Origin: Bdellovibrionales bacterium
GTDB lineage: Bacteria > Bdellovibrionota > Bdellovibrionia > Bdellovibrionales > Bdellovibrionaceae
Direction: 5' to 3'
Assembly (NCBI GenBank): GCA_031370005.1
Contig: JANMPT010000016.1
Location: forward strand, 1 to 45,846
Length of the DNA stretch: 45,846 bases
In this document: positions 44,976 through 45,846 of the stretch, in pieces
Layout of the letters: each line of letters opens with the position of its first letter
How positions within the stretch are numbered: position 1 is the stretch's first letter
Notes under the pieces: model-generated
Told to the model about the DNA's origin: nothing
The model's database searches: none
Seen by the model: only the letters and a program-made list of their open reading frames with translations
Program-made: the position numbers and the translations under genes

Positions 44976-45830
44976 ATGGATATAAATACTAATTTAACGA
45001 AGAGCTTGGGGCCAAAGTCCGCTAACTTCATCCTTTCCCTTTATGACCAGGGGAGAACTATTTTTACCAATGATGACGCCGCTCAGATTTTGGGGTTAGA
45101 GGATAAAGGTCTTCAAAAATTTTTAAGTCCCTTGGTGAAAAAAGGAATTTTGAATCGCCTCATTCCAGGTCTCTACACGATTGTGCCATTTGAGCTCGGT
45201 CGCACAATGGAGTTCATGGGAAACCCCTATGTCGTGGCTAGAGAAATTGTTAGGCGCAAACAGAAGGTTAAAGAGCCCCAATATTATATTTCTCATGCCT
45301 CGGCCTTTGAGTTGTACCAGATGGTAACTCAGCCCCATATGGACGTTTATGTTACCACCGCAAAGCAGATCAAAGAGAAGATCTCGGTTCAAGGGACAGA
45401 GTTTCATTTTGTCACTTGCAAGAAGGGTGATTTTTTTGGATTTAAAAAGTATTGGATCGATAAAACTGAGCTTGTCTTCGTCAGTGACTTGGAGCGAACT
45501 ATTATCGATGGGTTAAAGATCCCTGAGTATTGCGGTGGGATTCCGGAGGTTGCGAAAGGGCTTTGGATGAAGAGAAATGAAATAAACCTAGAAAGACTTC
45601 TTGAGTATGCAGAGAGAATTGATAGTGGTATCGTCTATCGTCGGCTTGGGTACTTGCTTGAAGTCTATAAGATAAACCCGAGTCAAATCATCGAGCGATT
45701 GCAGGGAAAACTTACTGATGCGTATCAGCTTCTAGATCCAACACAGATTGATGAGGGGAAGTACTACTCTCGGTGGAAGCTAAGACTGAATATTTCTGAA
45801 GACGAGTTGCTGTCAGCGGTGAGGACATAA
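44976..45830 (+). CDS. type IV TA antitoxin, AbiEi family
   Basis: N-terminal winged HTH (LVKKGILNRLIPGLY), YYISHASAF, SDLERTIID, PEYCGGIPEV, RRLGYLLE, WKLRLN. Confidence 0.88.
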   Translation: MDINTNLTKSLGPKSANFILSLYDQGRTIFTNDDAAQILGLEDKGLQKFLSPLVKKGILNRLIPGLYTIVPFELGRTMEFMGNPYVVAREIVRRKQKVKEPQYYISHASAFELYQMVTQPHMDVYVTTAKQIKEKISVQGTEFHFVTCKKGDFFGFKKYWIDKTELVFVSDLERTIIDGLKIPEYCGGIPEVAKGLWMKRNEINLERLLEYAERIDSGIVYRRLGYLLEVYKINPSQIIERLQGKLTDAYQLLDPTQIDEGKYYSRWKLRLNISEDELLSAVRT

Positions 45831-45846
45831 TTGATTGAGCAAAAGA
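45831..45846 (+). CDS. probable start of an AbiEii nucleotidyltransferase toxin (runs off the window)
   Basis: TTG ATT GAG CAA AAG directly after the AbiEi stop, with GAGGA upstream. Identity inferred from context only. Confidence 0.4.

Overview
A bacterial chromosome segment, most likely from a Bdellovibrionota (Bdellovibrio-like) organism. This is inferred from a TIGR02147/DUF4423 gene coupled to a 'GGxxGNGG' secreted protein. Left to right: (1) 1-4.4 kb is accessory-looking DNA on the 3' side of a tRNA-Met(CAT), holding a deleted toxin plus XRE antitoxin and a TIGR02147 regulator plus large secreted beta-rich protein. (2) 4.6-13.3 kb is an envelope locus: two lipoproteins, an MMPL/RND transporter fused to a LolA-like domain, an antisense-oriented secreted protein with a BPI/LBP (TULIP)-like pattern, an outer-membrane beta-barrel, and a sigma54-type Cys-repeat lipoprotein with a G/Y/N tail. 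(3) 13.5-25.1 kb holds a Gcr-family membrane protein, PAP2 phosphatase, DUF1524 nuclease, putative antiporter, OmpR-family two-component system, selD-selU, FKBP PPIase and pdxH. (4) 25.1-40.2 kb is a surface-polysaccharide cluster (CDP-3,6-dideoxyhexose genes rfbFGH, reductase, epimerase, glycosyltransferases, flippase, methyltransferase, DprE1/DprE2-like pair), interrupted by an AAA+/DUF4143 gene. (5) 40.3-45.8 kb is a dense toxin-antitoxin array with intact modules, broken modules, gene fragments and a second AAA+/DUF4143 gene. The best candidates for undescribed biology are a three-component trans-envelope lipid-transport locus whose MMPL lacks the proton-relay aspartates, and a shared operator geometry (two 7-5-7 palindromes 32 bp apart, different sequences) ahead of both DUF4143 ATPase genes. 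All family calls come from motif recognition by eye; no searches were run.
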